Assembly: GCA_963781885.1 (NCBI GenBank)
Contig: CAWAHW010000002.1
Span: forward strand, 96,001 to 160,000
Direction of reading: 5' to 3'
Source: an uncultured Spirochaetota bacterium
GTDB taxonomy: Bacteria; Spirochaetota; Spirochaetia; SZUA-6; Fen-1364
DNA length: 64,000 nt
The notes beneath the pieces are model-generated. The model saw only the letters and a list, made by a program, of their open reading frames with translations. It was not told where the DNA came from and made no database searches. Shown here piece by piece: positions 10,411 through 20,184 of this stretch. Position 1 is the first letter of the stretch. Every line of letters starts with the position of its first letter. The translations under genes and the position numbers were made by a program.

Positions 10411-11436
10411 ATGACAGGAAAGACTCTCTCCGAGCTCGCCCATGCGGCGTTCCGCGAGAAGCGCCGGCTCGTCGCTCCCCTGATGGGCTTCCCGGGCGTG
10501 GAGATGATCGGCAGCACGATCAAGCTCGCGCAGCAGAACTTCGGGGAGCATTACAAGGCTGTCCGCGCGCTCGTGGACGCCTTTCATCCCGACCTCGTTT
10601 TTCCCCTCATGGATCTTTCCGTGGAGGCCAATGCGCTGGGCCGCTACACGGTGTTCCCGCGCGGGGAATCCGCCACGGTCCCCAAGGACGTCTTCTCCTT
10701 TGACGAGCTGGACAAGCTCAGCCGGATCAATATCACGTTCGACAGCCGGCTCATGGGCTTCGTCGAGACGCTCCGGCTGATGAGCGTGAGCCTGCCGGCC
10801 GACGTGCTGCGCGGTGCCTACGTCGTCGGTCCGTTCACGCTGGCCGCGCTGATGATGGGCGCGGACGACACCGTCATGTCCACGCTGCTCGACCCGGACG
10901 GCCTCCACCGGCTGTGCCATTTCACGACGGAGAAGATCCAGGAATACGTCCAGCTCCTGCTCGCGGCGGGCGCGGACGTCATCTGCATCCTGGAACCCTC
11001 CGCGGTCATGCTGAGCCCCGCGCAGTTCTCGGAGTTCTCGGCGATCTACATCCGGCACATCACGACGAGCTTCAAGTACTCCCGGGCCAATTTCGTCTAC
11101 CACACCTGCGGGAACACGATGCACCTGATCGAGAAGATGGCCCGCGCGGGCGTTCACGGCGTCAGTCTCGATTCCGCCGACATGGGCGTCGACCTTCCAA
11201 AGGCCGCCGCGTGCGTCCCGCGGGACGTCGTCGTGATCGGCAATATCAGCCCGGCCACGACGATGCGCTTCGGCACGCCCGACGATGTGCGGCGAGAGGT
11301 GAGGTCCCTCCTGCGGGAAATGGAGCCGTACCCCAATTTCGTCCTGAGCACCGGGTGCGATCTGCCGCAGGAGACACCAATCGCGAATATTCGCGCTTTC
11401 ATGGAGGTCGGCAGGGCCGGTATCGGCAGCGCTTGA
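10411..11436 (+). CDS. Uroporphyrinogen decarboxylase / MtaA-CmuA family methyltransferase-like protein
   Basis: DLSVEANALG, GPFTLAA, HTCGN (HxC Zn ligands), GNISP and LSTGCDLP. GGAGG RBS. Confidence 0.85.
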   Translation: MTGKTLSELAHAAFREKRRLVAPLMGFPGVEMIGSTIKLAQQNFGEHYKAVRALVDAFHPDLVFPLMDLSVEANALGRYTVFPRGESATVPKDVFSFDELDKLSRINITFDSRLMGFVETLRLMSVSLPADVLRGAYVVGPFTLAALMMGADDTVMSTLLDPDGLHRLCHFTTEKIQEYVQLLLAAGADVICILEPSAVMLSPAQFSEFSAIYIRHITTSFKYSRANFVYHTCGNTMHLIEKMARAGVHGVSLDSADMGVDLPKAAACVPRDVVVIGNISPATTMRFGTPDDVRREVRSLLREMEPYPNFVLSTGCDLPQETPIANIRAFMEVGRAGIGSA

Positions 11437-11503
11437 CCGGATGGACATTTTAGGACATCCTCCCTTTGCTGTCCGTTCGTGAGACAAGAAAGCGCGCACA
11501 TCC

Positions 11504-12201
11504 ATGCAAGTCGACGTCAAGGAAGCAGCACGGCTGCTCTCGGTATCTGAAAAGACCATCTACAGATGGATCAGGCAGGGGATCTCCCTGCCTATCGCAT
11601 CGGCGACCTCTATCGCTTCAACCGCACGGAGCTGCTGGAATGGGCAACGGCGCGCCGTGTCGGGGTGTCGCCCGAGATATTCGACGATGGAGCAGCCGGA
11701 CCGGGCGAGCTGCCGGGCATCGAGGATGCCATAAAGGCCGGCGGCATCCATTACCGGGTGGCAGGGGCGACAAAGACCGATGTCCTTGCGGCCGTGGTGG
11801 AGCTCATGAACCTGCCCGAGGAGGTCGACCGGAAATTCCTTCTGGATGTGATCCTGGCCCGGGAGTCGCTGGGATCCACCGGCTTCGGCGGCGGCATCGC
11901 AATCCCCCACGTGCGCAACCCCATCGTCCTGCATATCCCGCGGCCCATGATCACGCTCTGTTTCCTTGAATCGCCGGTTGAGTTCGACGCGATCGACGGG
12001 AAGCCGGTGCATACGCTTTTCACGCTCGTGAGCCCCACGGTGCGCGCGCACCTCCACCTTCTTTCGCGCCTCACCTTCGGGCTGCGGCTCCCCGAGTTCA
12101 GCGGCCCCGTGGGTGAGAAGGCGGCGCGCGCCGCGCTCCTGGCCGGGGCGCACTTCGTGGACCGTTCGGCGCGGCCGCTTGCAGGCATCGCCCCGGGATG
12201 A
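11504..12201 (+). CDS. Excisionase-type HTH fused to PTS IIA (Ntr/fructose type) domain (frameshift near 11580)
   Basis: VKEAARLLSVSEKTIYRWI HTH, then ARESLGSTGFGGGIAIPH (phospho-His) and FDAIDGKPV...HLHLLSRL. Confidence 0.85.
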
Positions 12202-14197
12202 CCATCCTCCTCCTGCTGCCGATCGCTCTCTTCATCCTCTTCGGCTTGATCTCGCTCCTGGCATCCCGGCTGCCCCGTGTTTCACACCTTGTCGGATGGC
12301 TCGGGGCCTTCGCGGCGGGCGCTCTCGGGCTTTCCCTGACGATCGTGAGCCTCGTGCGCGGGGACAGCACGGCAATCAGCGTTCCGTGGAACCCGGTGAT
12401 CGGCTCCTCTTTCGCGGTCGGCTTCGACCCTCTCAGCGGCTTTTTCCTGCTTCCCGTCTACGGCCTTTCGGCCGTGTGCGCCCTCTTTGGCGCAGGCTAC
12501 ATGGCTCATTCCCCGCGCGGCCGCGGGGCGCACTGGCTCTTCTACGGGCTCCTCGCCGCGAGCATGGCGATGGCGGTGCTGGCCCGCAATGCCGTTCTCT
12601 TTCTCATGGCATGGGAGGTGATGGCTCTCTCATCGTGGCTCCTCGTGACCCACGAGCACGAAACGGAAGAGGTGCGGCAGGCGGGCATCACCTATCTTGT
12701 CGCCACGCAGATCGGCACCGCCTTCCTCCTCGTGATGTTCCTCGTGCTGGGGCGATTCGGCTTCACCGACACGGGCGCCGAGGCGGCGCTCGACTTCTCC
12801 CGGTTCACGGGCATGGGCGGTCCCGTCGCCGCGGCGGTCTTCGTGCTCGCGCTGGTGGGATTCGGCACGAAGGCCGGCATCGTGCCGCTGCACGTCTGGC
12901 TGCCCGAGGCGCACCCGGCCGCGCCGTCGCACGTGAGCGCGCTCATGAGCGGCGTGATGATCAAGACCGGCATCTACGGCCTGCTGCGCGTTCTCTCCTT
13001 TCTCGGCTTTCCCCGGCCTGGTGGGGCTGGACGCTCGTGGCCGTCGGGTGCGTGTCCGGCATCATGGGAGTGCTCTTTGCCCTTGCCCAGCACGACATCA
13101 AAAGGCTCCTTGCCTACCACAGCGTGGAAAACATCGGCATCATCTGCCTGGGCCTCGGCGTCGGCCTGCTCGGAACGGCCTATGGCGCCCCGGCAATCGC
13201 CGCGCTCGGGTACGCGGGCGCGCTCCTGCACGTCCTGAACCACGCCCTTTTCAAGGGCCTGCTCTTTCTCGGCGCCGGGGCCGTGGCGCATGCGGCAGGC
13301 ACCCGGGAGATGGACCGTCTGGGCGGCCTCCTGAAACGCATGCCGCTCACGGGCACGGCGTTTCTCGTCGGTGCCGCCGCGATTTGCGGGCTGCCGCCGC
13401 TCAACGGCTTCGTGAGCGAGCTGCTGGTCTTTTCCGGCGCCTATCGGGCAGTGGCGGCCGGGCCGGTGGCGCAGGCAGTCGTGTGCGGGGCCGTGGTGGC
13501 CGCGCTTGCCCTGATCGGCGGTCTGGCCGCGGCCTGTTTCACGAAGGCATTCGGCATCATGTACCTTGGCGAGCCGCGCACGCCGGCGGCGGCCGCGGCG
13601 ACGGAAGCGCGGCCCACGATGACGGCAGCCATGGCCGCGCTCGCTGTCTGCTGTGTCGGGCTGGGCCTCCTGGGGACGCGCGCCGTGTGGGCCGTCGCCC
13701 CTCTTGCCGCGGCGGCCGCCGGCATGGCACCCGACGCGGTCGTTGCGGCGCTCGGGCCTGCCGCGGCCGGTCTGGCCGGCGTGACCGCTGCCGCCGGGGT
13801 GCTCGTCGGCATCGTCGCGCTGCTCGTTCTTCTTCGCGCGATCCTGCAGGCCCGCAGGGCGAAGAGTCGCGCCGGCACCTGGGACTGCGGCTACGTGAAG
13901 CCGACCGCGCGCATGCAGTACACGTCCTCATCATTCGCGCAGCCGCTCACCGGCACATTCGGCGCCGTCCTTGGCACCCGCAAGGACTGGACCCCGCCCG
14001 CATCGCCATTTCCCACGCACGCCGAGTATGCGACACACACGCCCGACGTCTTTGCGCAGGGGGTGTACCGACCGGCTTTCAAGGGCATCGGCGCACTCCT
14101 GTCGCGCGTGAGCTGGCTCCAGCACGGAAGGCTCCAGCTTTACGTCCTCTATATCGCCGCGGCGATGATCGTCCTCCTGGTCTGGAGGTTGGGATAG
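12198..14197 (+). CDS. hyfB: Hydrogenase-4 component B-like antiporter-type membrane subunit (frameshift near 13015)
   Basis: FLMAWEVM, GFGTKAGIVPLHVWLPEAHPAAPSHVSALMSG, KRLLAYHSVENIG, NHALFKGLLF and WDCGY...RMQY. Confidence 0.85.
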
Positions 14198-14200
14198 GCC

Positions 14201-15097
14201 ATGGACGCTCCCGGCATCGCCATACTCCAGCTCATCATTCCCTTCCTCCTTGCCCCGCTCCTGCCGGGCATCATCAACAGGACAAAGGCGGTCATGGCGG
14301 GCAGGCACGGGCAGCCGCTCCTGCAGACCTGGTACGACGTCGCCAAGCTGCTGGGCAAGGGCGCGGTGTACAGCCGCACGACGAGCTGGCTCTTTCGCGC
14401 GGGTCCCGCCGTGGGGCTCGCCGCGACCGGCCTGGCGCTCGCCATCGTGCCCTGGGCCGGGTCGACCGCGCTCCTTTCATTCGACGGTGACGTCGTGCTC
14501 TTCGGCGGGCTCCTGGGGCTGGGCAGGTTTGCGACGATACTTGCCGCGCTGGATACCGGCTCCGCGTTCGAAGGAATGGGGGCAAGCCGCGAGGCGTGGT
14601 TCGGCTCACTCGGCGAGCCCGCCCTCTTTCTCGCCCTTGCCGCTGCCGCCCGCGGCGCCGGGAGCATTTCCCTGTCATCCGTGGCCGGGGCACCGGCGAA
14701 CGCGGCGCTGCTGCTGGCCGCGGGTGCGGTCTTTGTCGTCTACCTGGCGGAGAACGCCCGCATACCCGTGGACGATCCGACGACGCACCTGGAGCTCACG
14801 ATGGTCCACGAGGTGATGGTCCTGGACCACGGCGGCGTGGACCTCGCCTACATCCAGTATGGCGCGTCCCTGAAGCTCTGGGTCATCGGCGGGCTTTTCG
14901 TGTCGCTTCTCGCGCCGCGGACGGGGCAGTGGATGGCCGACACGGCCATCGGCCTGGGCGGCATGGCGTGCGTCGCGGCGGCCACGGGCGTCATCGAATC
15001 GATCATGGCGCGCCTCCCCCTGGGACGGGTGCCGCAGCTCCTCGTGGCCGCCATCGCGATGGCCGCCCTTGCCCTGGCGCTGGCACTGGTGAGGTGA
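14201..15097 (+). CDS. hyfC: HyfC/NuoH-like membrane subunit
   Basis: G.PLLQTWYD..KLLGK, ALDTGSAFEGMGASRE and ENARIPVDDPTTHLELTMVHE. Confidence 0.87.
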   Translation: MDAPGIAILQLIIPFLLAPLLPGIINRTKAVMAGRHGQPLLQTWYDVAKLLGKGAVYSRTTSWLFRAGPAVGLAATGLALAIVPWAGSTALLSFDGDVVLFGGLLGLGRFATILAALDTGSAFEGMGASREAWFGSLGEPALFLALAAAARGAGSISLSSVAGAPANAALLLAAGAVFVVYLAENARIPVDDPTTHLELTMVHEVMVLDHGGVDLAYIQYGASLKLWVIGGLFVSLLAPRTGQWMADTAIGLGGMACVAAATGVIESIMARLPLGRVPQLLVAAIAMAALALALALVR

Positions 15098-15099
15098 CG

Positions 15100-15750
15100 A
15101 TGCAGATCTGGGTCGACGCCTTTCTCGTCCTCCTGATGCTCACCAACCTCTGGCTGCTGGGATCCAGCCGGCTCCTGTCCTGCATCGCCGCGGTCTCCGT
15201 GCAGGGCGTGCTTCTGGGCGCTCTTCCGCTCCTGGTCCGCATCGACGCGCCGCTCTGGAGGCTCATTCTCCAGGCGGGCATCAGCCTCGGGCTCAAAGGC
15301 ATCATTTTCCCCCTGCTTCTCCTGCGCGCCGTGCGCTCCGTGGATGCCCGGCGCGAGATGGAGCCCTTCGTCGGCTACTCCGCGTCGCTCCTGATCGGCG
15401 TGGCGCTTCTCGCCGGATCGTTGTTCGTCGGCGCGCGGCTGGAGCTTCCCGGGGCGGCGCCGCTCCTGCTCGTGCCGGCCGCGCTTTTCACGGCCCTCAC
15501 GGGGCTGTTCGTCATCGCAAGCCGCAAGTCGGCCATCGTCCAGGTGCTCGCCTATCTCGCGATGGAGAACGGCATTGCCGCATTCGGGCTCGCCCTGGCC
15601 GAGCAGGAGCCGCTCCTCGTGGAGATGGGCACATTCCTCGACGCGTTCGTCGCGGTCTTCGTCATGGGCATCACGATCTTCCACATCAACCGGGAATTCG
15701 ATCATATCGATTCGGACCGGCTCTCCTCCCTGAAGGATTCACCCCGATGA
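15100..15750 (+). CDS. hyfE: HyfE-like membrane subunit
   Basis: Hydrophobic, with QVLAYLAMENG, PLLVEMG and HINREFD. Lies between hyfC and hyfF. Confidence 0.85.
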   Translation: MQIWVDAFLVLLMLTNLWLLGSSRLLSCIAAVSVQGVLLGALPLLVRIDAPLWRLILQAGISLGLKGIIFPLLLLRAVRSVDARREMEPFVGYSASLLIGVALLAGSLFVGARLELPGAAPLLLVPAALFTALTGLFVIASRKSAIVQVLAYLAMENGIAAFGLALAEQEPLLVEMGTFLDAFVAVFVMGITIFHINREFDHIDSDRLSSLKDSPR

Positions 15751-17276
15751 TCCTCGCTCTCGTTCTCGTGCCGGCCTGCGCCGCGGTGGCGGCCTTCTTC
15801 ATCCGCTCCCACGCTGTCCGCCGCGTCCTCCTCGTGGCGGTGGCCGTGGTCCACGCGGGTCTCACTACGCTGCTCTGGATCGATCCCTCCTGGTTCCCGC
15901 CCGTGGGCGCGTGGCTTGCCATCGATCCGCTGGGCATGCTGTTCCTGGGTATCGCCAGCCTTCTTTTCCTGGCCGTTTCTGTCTCTGCCGTCGGGTTCCT
16001 GCGCGCGGAGAGCGGCTCCACGCGGGCCGATCCCGAGGAAGGCTTCCTCTTCGACAACACGCCGGAAGCGCTTTTCACGGCGTGTCTCCTCGGCTTTCTT
16101 GCCGCCATGTCGCTGGTCACCGCGAGCCGGCACTTCGGCCTGCTCTGGGTCGCCATCGAGGCGACGACGCTCGTGAGCGCGCCCCTCATCCACTACCACC
16201 GGCATCATCGATCGCTGGAGGCGACGTGGAAGTACCTGCTGCTCTGCTCGGTGGGCATCGCCGTGGCGCTCCTGGGCACATACTTCCTTGCGGCAGCAGT
16301 GCCCCGAGGCGCAGGGGGCGCAACGACCCTGACCTTCGCGGGTCTCATCCAGGGCGCCGCAAGCCTCAATCCCCGATGGCTGCAGGCCGCATTCCTCCTC
16401 ATGCTGGTCGGCTATGGCACCAAAATGGGTCTCGCCCCGCTCCACGCCTGGCTCCCGGATGCGCACAGCGAGGCACCCTCGGTCGTCTCTGCGCTCCTCT
16501 CCGGCGCGCTTCTGAACTGCGCGTTCCTGGCGATCCTGCGCATCCTTTCGGTGTGCAATGCAGCGGGGCTGGGCGCGTGGAGCCGGCAGAGTTTGCTCGT
16601 GATGGGTCTCGTCTCCATGGCCGTCGCCGCGGGGCTCATCATCGGCCAGCGCGACTATAAGCGGATGCTCGCCTATTCGAGCGTCGAGCACATGGGCATA
16701 CTCGCCGTGGGCGTGGGTCTGGGCGGCGTCGGCGATTGGGGGGCGCTCTTTCACGCGGTGAACCACTCCCTCACGAAAGCGGCGCTTTTCCTCCTGGCAG
16801 GCAACATCCTCGCGGCGTACGGCACGAAGAAGTCCGGCGAGGTGGGCGGCGCCTTGCGGAGCCTTCCAGTCACGGGCGCGCTCTGGATCGCGGGCTTCTT
16901 CGCGATCGTCGGCGCCCCGCCCTTCGGCGCCTTTACGAGCGAGCTCGCCATTCTTCGCGCCGCCGTTGCGTCCGGGTCCTGGCTGGTCGTCTGCCTTTAC
17001 TCGGTGCTCCTCGCCGCGATATTTGCGGGCATGATGAGCGTGCTCGTTCGCATGGCGCAGGGCGACCGGGCAGCGGTACCCGTCGTCGTTGGCGCAGGCG
17101 GCGCGGTCGCGGTGGTCGGCGGCCCGACATCGCCCGCGGCGCGCGTGCGGGAGCCGGTGTTGTCGATCGCGGCACCGCTCGGTCTTCTGGTCCTGACGAC
17201 GGCGCTTGGGCTCGTCGTGCCGGGCTTCCTCGACAACGTGCTGCGGGAGGCCGCCCGCATCCTGGGGGGCTCATGA
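15747..17276 (+). CDS. hyfF: HyfF-like antiporter-type membrane subunit
   Basis: WVAIEATTL, LEATWKY, GYGTKMGLAPLHAWLPDAHSEAPS and KRMLAYSSVEHMG. Confidence 0.87.
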   Translation: MILALVLVPACAAVAAFFIRSHAVRRVLLVAVAVVHAGLTTLLWIDPSWFPPVGAWLAIDPLGMLFLGIASLLFLAVSVSAVGFLRAESGSTRADPEEGFLFDNTPEALFTACLLGFLAAMSLVTASRHFGLLWVAIEATTLVSAPLIHYHRHHRSLEATWKYLLLCSVGIAVALLGTYFLAAAVPRGAGGATTLTFAGLIQGAASLNPRWLQAAFLLMLVGYGTKMGLAPLHAWLPDAHSEAPSVVSALLSGALLNCAFLAILRILSVCNAAGLGAWSRQSLLVMGLVSMAVAAGLIIGQRDYKRMLAYSSVEHMGILAVGVGLGGVGDWGALFHAVNHSLTKAALFLLAGNILAAYGTKKSGEVGGALRSLPVTGALWIAGFFAIVGAPPFGAFTSELAILRAAVASGSWLVVCLYSVLLAAIFAGMMSVLVRMAQGDRAAVPVVVGAGGAVAVVGGPTSPAARVREPVLSIAAPLGLLVLTTALGLVVPGFLDNVLREAARILGGS

Positions 17277-18793
17277 GCAGGGCATTCTTTCTCGACCTGC
17301 GCAACCCCGCGGCCTCCGAGCTCGCCCGGGTTCCCCGCATCCCGCTGGAGACGTTCCGGCGGAGCATCATCCATGACGTGGAGAGCGGGGCGGAGATTGC
17401 CTCCTTCTTTGCACTGCCCCGTGCAGGAGGCGGGAAGGGCGGCTTTCTCCTGGTCGTGCTGCTCGCCGACCATGAGACGGGCACCGTGCGGTGCGCGACG
17501 ACGGTCGTGGAAGATTCCTGGCCTTCCCTCACCGCGGAGGGATGCACGGCCGCGCACTGGTTCGAGCGCGAGATGGCCGAGCAGTGGCGGATCACACCGA
17601 CCGGCCATCCGTGGTTGAAGCCGCTTCGGTTCCAGCCGCCGATGGAAGGGGCGCTTCCCGGTGACCCGCCCCCAGAGATCGGCGATGCCGGCTTCTTCCG
17701 CGTGGACGGCGAGGAGGTGCACGAGGTCGCCGTCGGTCCCGTGCATGCCGGCGTCATCGAGCCGGGCCACTTCCGCTTCCAGTGCCACGGGGAGACCGTG
17801 CTCCACCTGGAGATATCGCTGGGCTACCAGCACCGCGGCATCGAGCGCGCACTCGCCGCCGGTCCCGACCTGCGTTCCATCCATTATGCCGAGACACTGG
17901 CCGGGGACACGTCCATCGGCCATGCCATCGCGTACGCCGAGCTCGTTGAATCACTCGCGGGCGTCCGTGTCCCGGCCCGGGCGCACGCCATCCGGGCAGT
18001 GGCGCTGGAGCTGGAGCGCATTGCCAATCACATCGGCGACCTGGGAGCCCTCGCCGGCGACATCGGTTTCCTCCCCACCTCCGCGTGGTGCGGAAGGATT
18101 CGGGGCGATGTCCTCAACATGACCGCCCGCATCTGCGGCAGCCGGTTCGGCCGGGGCCTCGTGCGGCCGGGGGGTGTTGCCTCCGACATGGACGATGCCA
18201 TGGTCGCGGAGCTTTCCGCGCAGCTTTCGCGGTGCGCCCGTGACGCCCAGGGCGCCTGCGGGCTGCTCTGGACCACCCCGTCGGTGCTCGCGCGCTTCGA
18301 GGGAACGGGTGCGCTCACCCGCGCGACCGCGCTCGGCATCGGCCTCACGGGACCGGCGGCGCGCGCGTGCGACATCGACCGTGACATTCGCCGCGATCAT
18401 CCCTCGGGCATCTGGCGCTTTTCCCAGGTGCCGGTGTCCACCGGGCGGACGGGCGACGTCTCTGCGCGCGCATTCGTACGGTGGCTGGAAATACAACGGT
18501 CTTTCGCCTTCATCGCGGAGCAGCTCGCCACGCTGCCCGGGGGCGACGTGAGCGCCCGGGTGGGCACCCTGCGGCGGAACGCGCTTGCCGTGAGCCTCGT
18601 GGAAGGATGGCGCGGCGCGATCTGCCATGCCGCGATCACCGACAGCCGCGGCACCTTCCTGCGCTACAAGGTCGTCGACCCGTCATTCCGCAACTGGTTC
18701 GGGCTTGCCCTTGCCATGCGGGGACAGCAGGTGTCGGATTTCCCCCTCTGCAACAAGAGCTTCAATCTCTCCTATTGCGGGACCGACCTGTGA
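17273..18793 (+). CDS. HyfG/NuoCD-like large subunit lacking NiFe ligands (Ehr type)
   Basis: WFERE, VGPVHAGVIEPGHFRF, LGYQHRGIE, ELERIANH and VEGWRG. The L1 site reads ETLAGDT and the C-terminus SFNLSYCGTDL, with no CxxC pairs. Confidence 0.85.
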   Translation: MSRAFFLDLRNPAASELARVPRIPLETFRRSIIHDVESGAEIASFFALPRAGGGKGGFLLVVLLADHETGTVRCATTVVEDSWPSLTAEGCTAAHWFEREMAEQWRITPTGHPWLKPLRFQPPMEGALPGDPPPEIGDAGFFRVDGEEVHEVAVGPVHAGVIEPGHFRFQCHGETVLHLEISLGYQHRGIERALAAGPDLRSIHYAETLAGDTSIGHAIAYAELVESLAGVRVPARAHAIRAVALELERIANHIGDLGALAGDIGFLPTSAWCGRIRGDVLNMTARICGSRFGRGLVRPGGVASDMDDAMVAELSAQLSRCARDAQGACGLLWTTPSVLARFEGTGALTRATALGIGLTGPAARACDIDRDIRRDHPSGIWRFSQVPVSTGRTGDVSARAFVRWLEIQRSFAFIAEQLATLPGGDVSARVGTLRRNALAVSLVEGWRGAICHAAITDSRGTFLRYKVVDPSFRNWFGLALAMRGQQVSDFPLCNKSFNLSYCGTDL

Positions 18794-18803
18794 GGGAGGC
18801 AGG

Positions 18804-19568
18804 ATGCTGAGGATCATCAGGGAAAGGCTTCACCAGGGATACCGCACCATACGCTATCCCCGGGGAAAGGCTCCCGAGCTGCCGGAGCGCTTCCGCGGCC
18901 TGCCCGTGGTCGACCCGGACAAGTGCGTCGGCGACTGCACCGACTGCCGTGACGCCTGCCCGACCGGCGCGATTTCACTCGATGCCGACCGCAGGCTTGT
19001 GCTGGACATGGGCCGGTGCATCTTCTGCGGCGCCTGCGAAGCGGCTTGTCCGCAGGGTGCGATCAGGTTCACGCGCGACTACCGTCTGGCGGCGCGCCGC
19101 CGCGCCGATCTTGTTGTCGGCGCCGAAGGCTTCAGCCGGGCGGAGGCCCTTGCGGCGCGGCTGCGCCGGATGCTGGGAAGATCACTCCGACTGCGCCAGG
19201 TGAGCGCGGGCGGCTGCGGCGCCTGCGAGGCGGACGCGAACGTCCTCTCCACCGTGGGATGGGACATGGGGAGGTTCGGCATCCAGTTTGTCGCCTCACC
19301 GCGGCATGCCGACGGTCTCCTGGTGACGGGTCCGGTGACGAAGAACATGCGCCTGGCTCTGGAAAAGACCTGGGAAGCTGTGCCGGAGCCGAAGATACTC
19401 ATCGCCTCAGGCTCCTGCGCCATCTCCGGCGGCATCTTTGCCGGGGCGTCCGAGACGTCGGACGGCGTTGGCAGCATTCTCCCCGTGGATCTCTACGTGC
19501 CCGGATGTCCTCCGCATCCCCTGACACTTCTTGATGCACTTTTACGCCTTTTAGGGAGAATCCCTTGA
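18804..19568 (+). CDS. Fused 2x[4Fe-4S] ferredoxin (HyfH/NuoI-like) and NuoB/HyfI-like small subunit
   Basis: CVGDCTDCRDACP and CIFCGACEAACP; GGCGACE, SPRHAD, GSCA and VPGCPPHP. Confidence 0.88.
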   Translation: MLRIIRERLHQGYRTIRYPRGKAPELPERFRGLPVVDPDKCVGDCTDCRDACPTGAISLDADRRLVLDMGRCIFCGACEAACPQGAIRFTRDYRLAARRRADLVVGAEGFSRAEALAARLRRMLGRSLRLRQVSAGGCGACEADANVLSTVGWDMGRFGIQFVASPRHADGLLVTGPVTKNMRLALEKTWEAVPEPKILIASGSCAISGGIFAGASETSDGVGSILPVDLYVPGCPPHPLTLLDALLRLLGRIP

Positions 19569-19630
19569 CGTTCTCCTTCTAATGGGTTAGATTAACCTAT
19601 AATAACTTATCATAGGTTAATATAACCTAT
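19565..19630 (+). promoter_or_regulatory. Sigma70-like promoter with overlapping palindromic operator (probable PadR site)
   Basis: TTGACG (19565)-N17-TAGATT. Inverted repeats ATTAACCTAT-N11-ATAGGTTAAT (19591-19621) and ATAGGTTA-ATA-TAACCTAT (19612-19630) in an AT-rich gap before padR. Confidence 0.65.
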
Positions 19631-19647
19631 TGGAAGGGGATGACAAT

Positions 19648-20184
19648 TTGACTACGGACATCATCATATTGGCACTTCTCAATCGCTGCCCCCGATACGG
19701 ATATGAAATCAAGAAACACGTATCCCAGATCATGCGGCGTCAGACCAGCATGAACAACAACATCCTCTATCCTGCCCTTCATCGGCTGGAGGAGATGGGT
19801 GCCGTCCGATCCGAGATACAGGAGCAGGAGGGAAAGCCGAGCAGGCACGTGTACAGCCTCGCGCCCGCAGGGGCGGAAATACTCCGCGACCTGGTCGGGC
19901 AGTTCGACGAGGTAGAAGCGGCAAAGGACGATGAGTTCCAGGTCAGGCTCGCTTTCTTCGACCTGCTGGAAGACCCGGAAAAGACGCGCATCCTCGCGCT
20001 GCGGCGGAAGGTCCTCGAGCAGAGGCTGGAGCATCGCCGCACGATACACGGCGACTATGCGCAGGATTACGACTCCCCCTGGGTGAGACGCCTCATGGCG
20101 TTCGAGGAGAAGCGGCTCGTTGAAGAGATCGCCTGGGTCCAGGAGCTGGCCGGAGCCGTGGCATCGGCGGGGGGTGCGGCATGA
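19648..20184 (+). CDS. PadR family transcriptional regulator
   Basis: ILALL...YGYEIKK...LYPALHRLEEMG...R.VYSL...G. TTG start after AAGGGGA. Confidence 0.88.
   Translation: MTTDIIILALLNRCPRYGYEIKKHVSQIMRRQTSMNNNILYPALHRLEEMGAVRSEIQEQEGKPSRHVYSLAPAGAEILRDLVGQFDEVEAAKDDEFQVRLAFFDLLEDPEKTRILALRRKVLEQRLEHRRTIHGDYAQDYDSPWVRRLMAFEEKRLVEEIAWVQELAGAVASAGGAA

Noticed and set aside
9664-11436. Corrinoid-methyltransferase fusion suggested by the 590-aa ORF
   Set aside because: The corrinoid gene has its own stop at 10354 in another frame, and the second gene has its own RBS and ATG at 10411.
17273-18793. Calling the complex a functional [NiFe] hydrogenase-4 or formate hydrogenlyase
   Set aside because: Both Ni-binding CxxC motifs are absent, and no hyp or fdhF genes are in the window.
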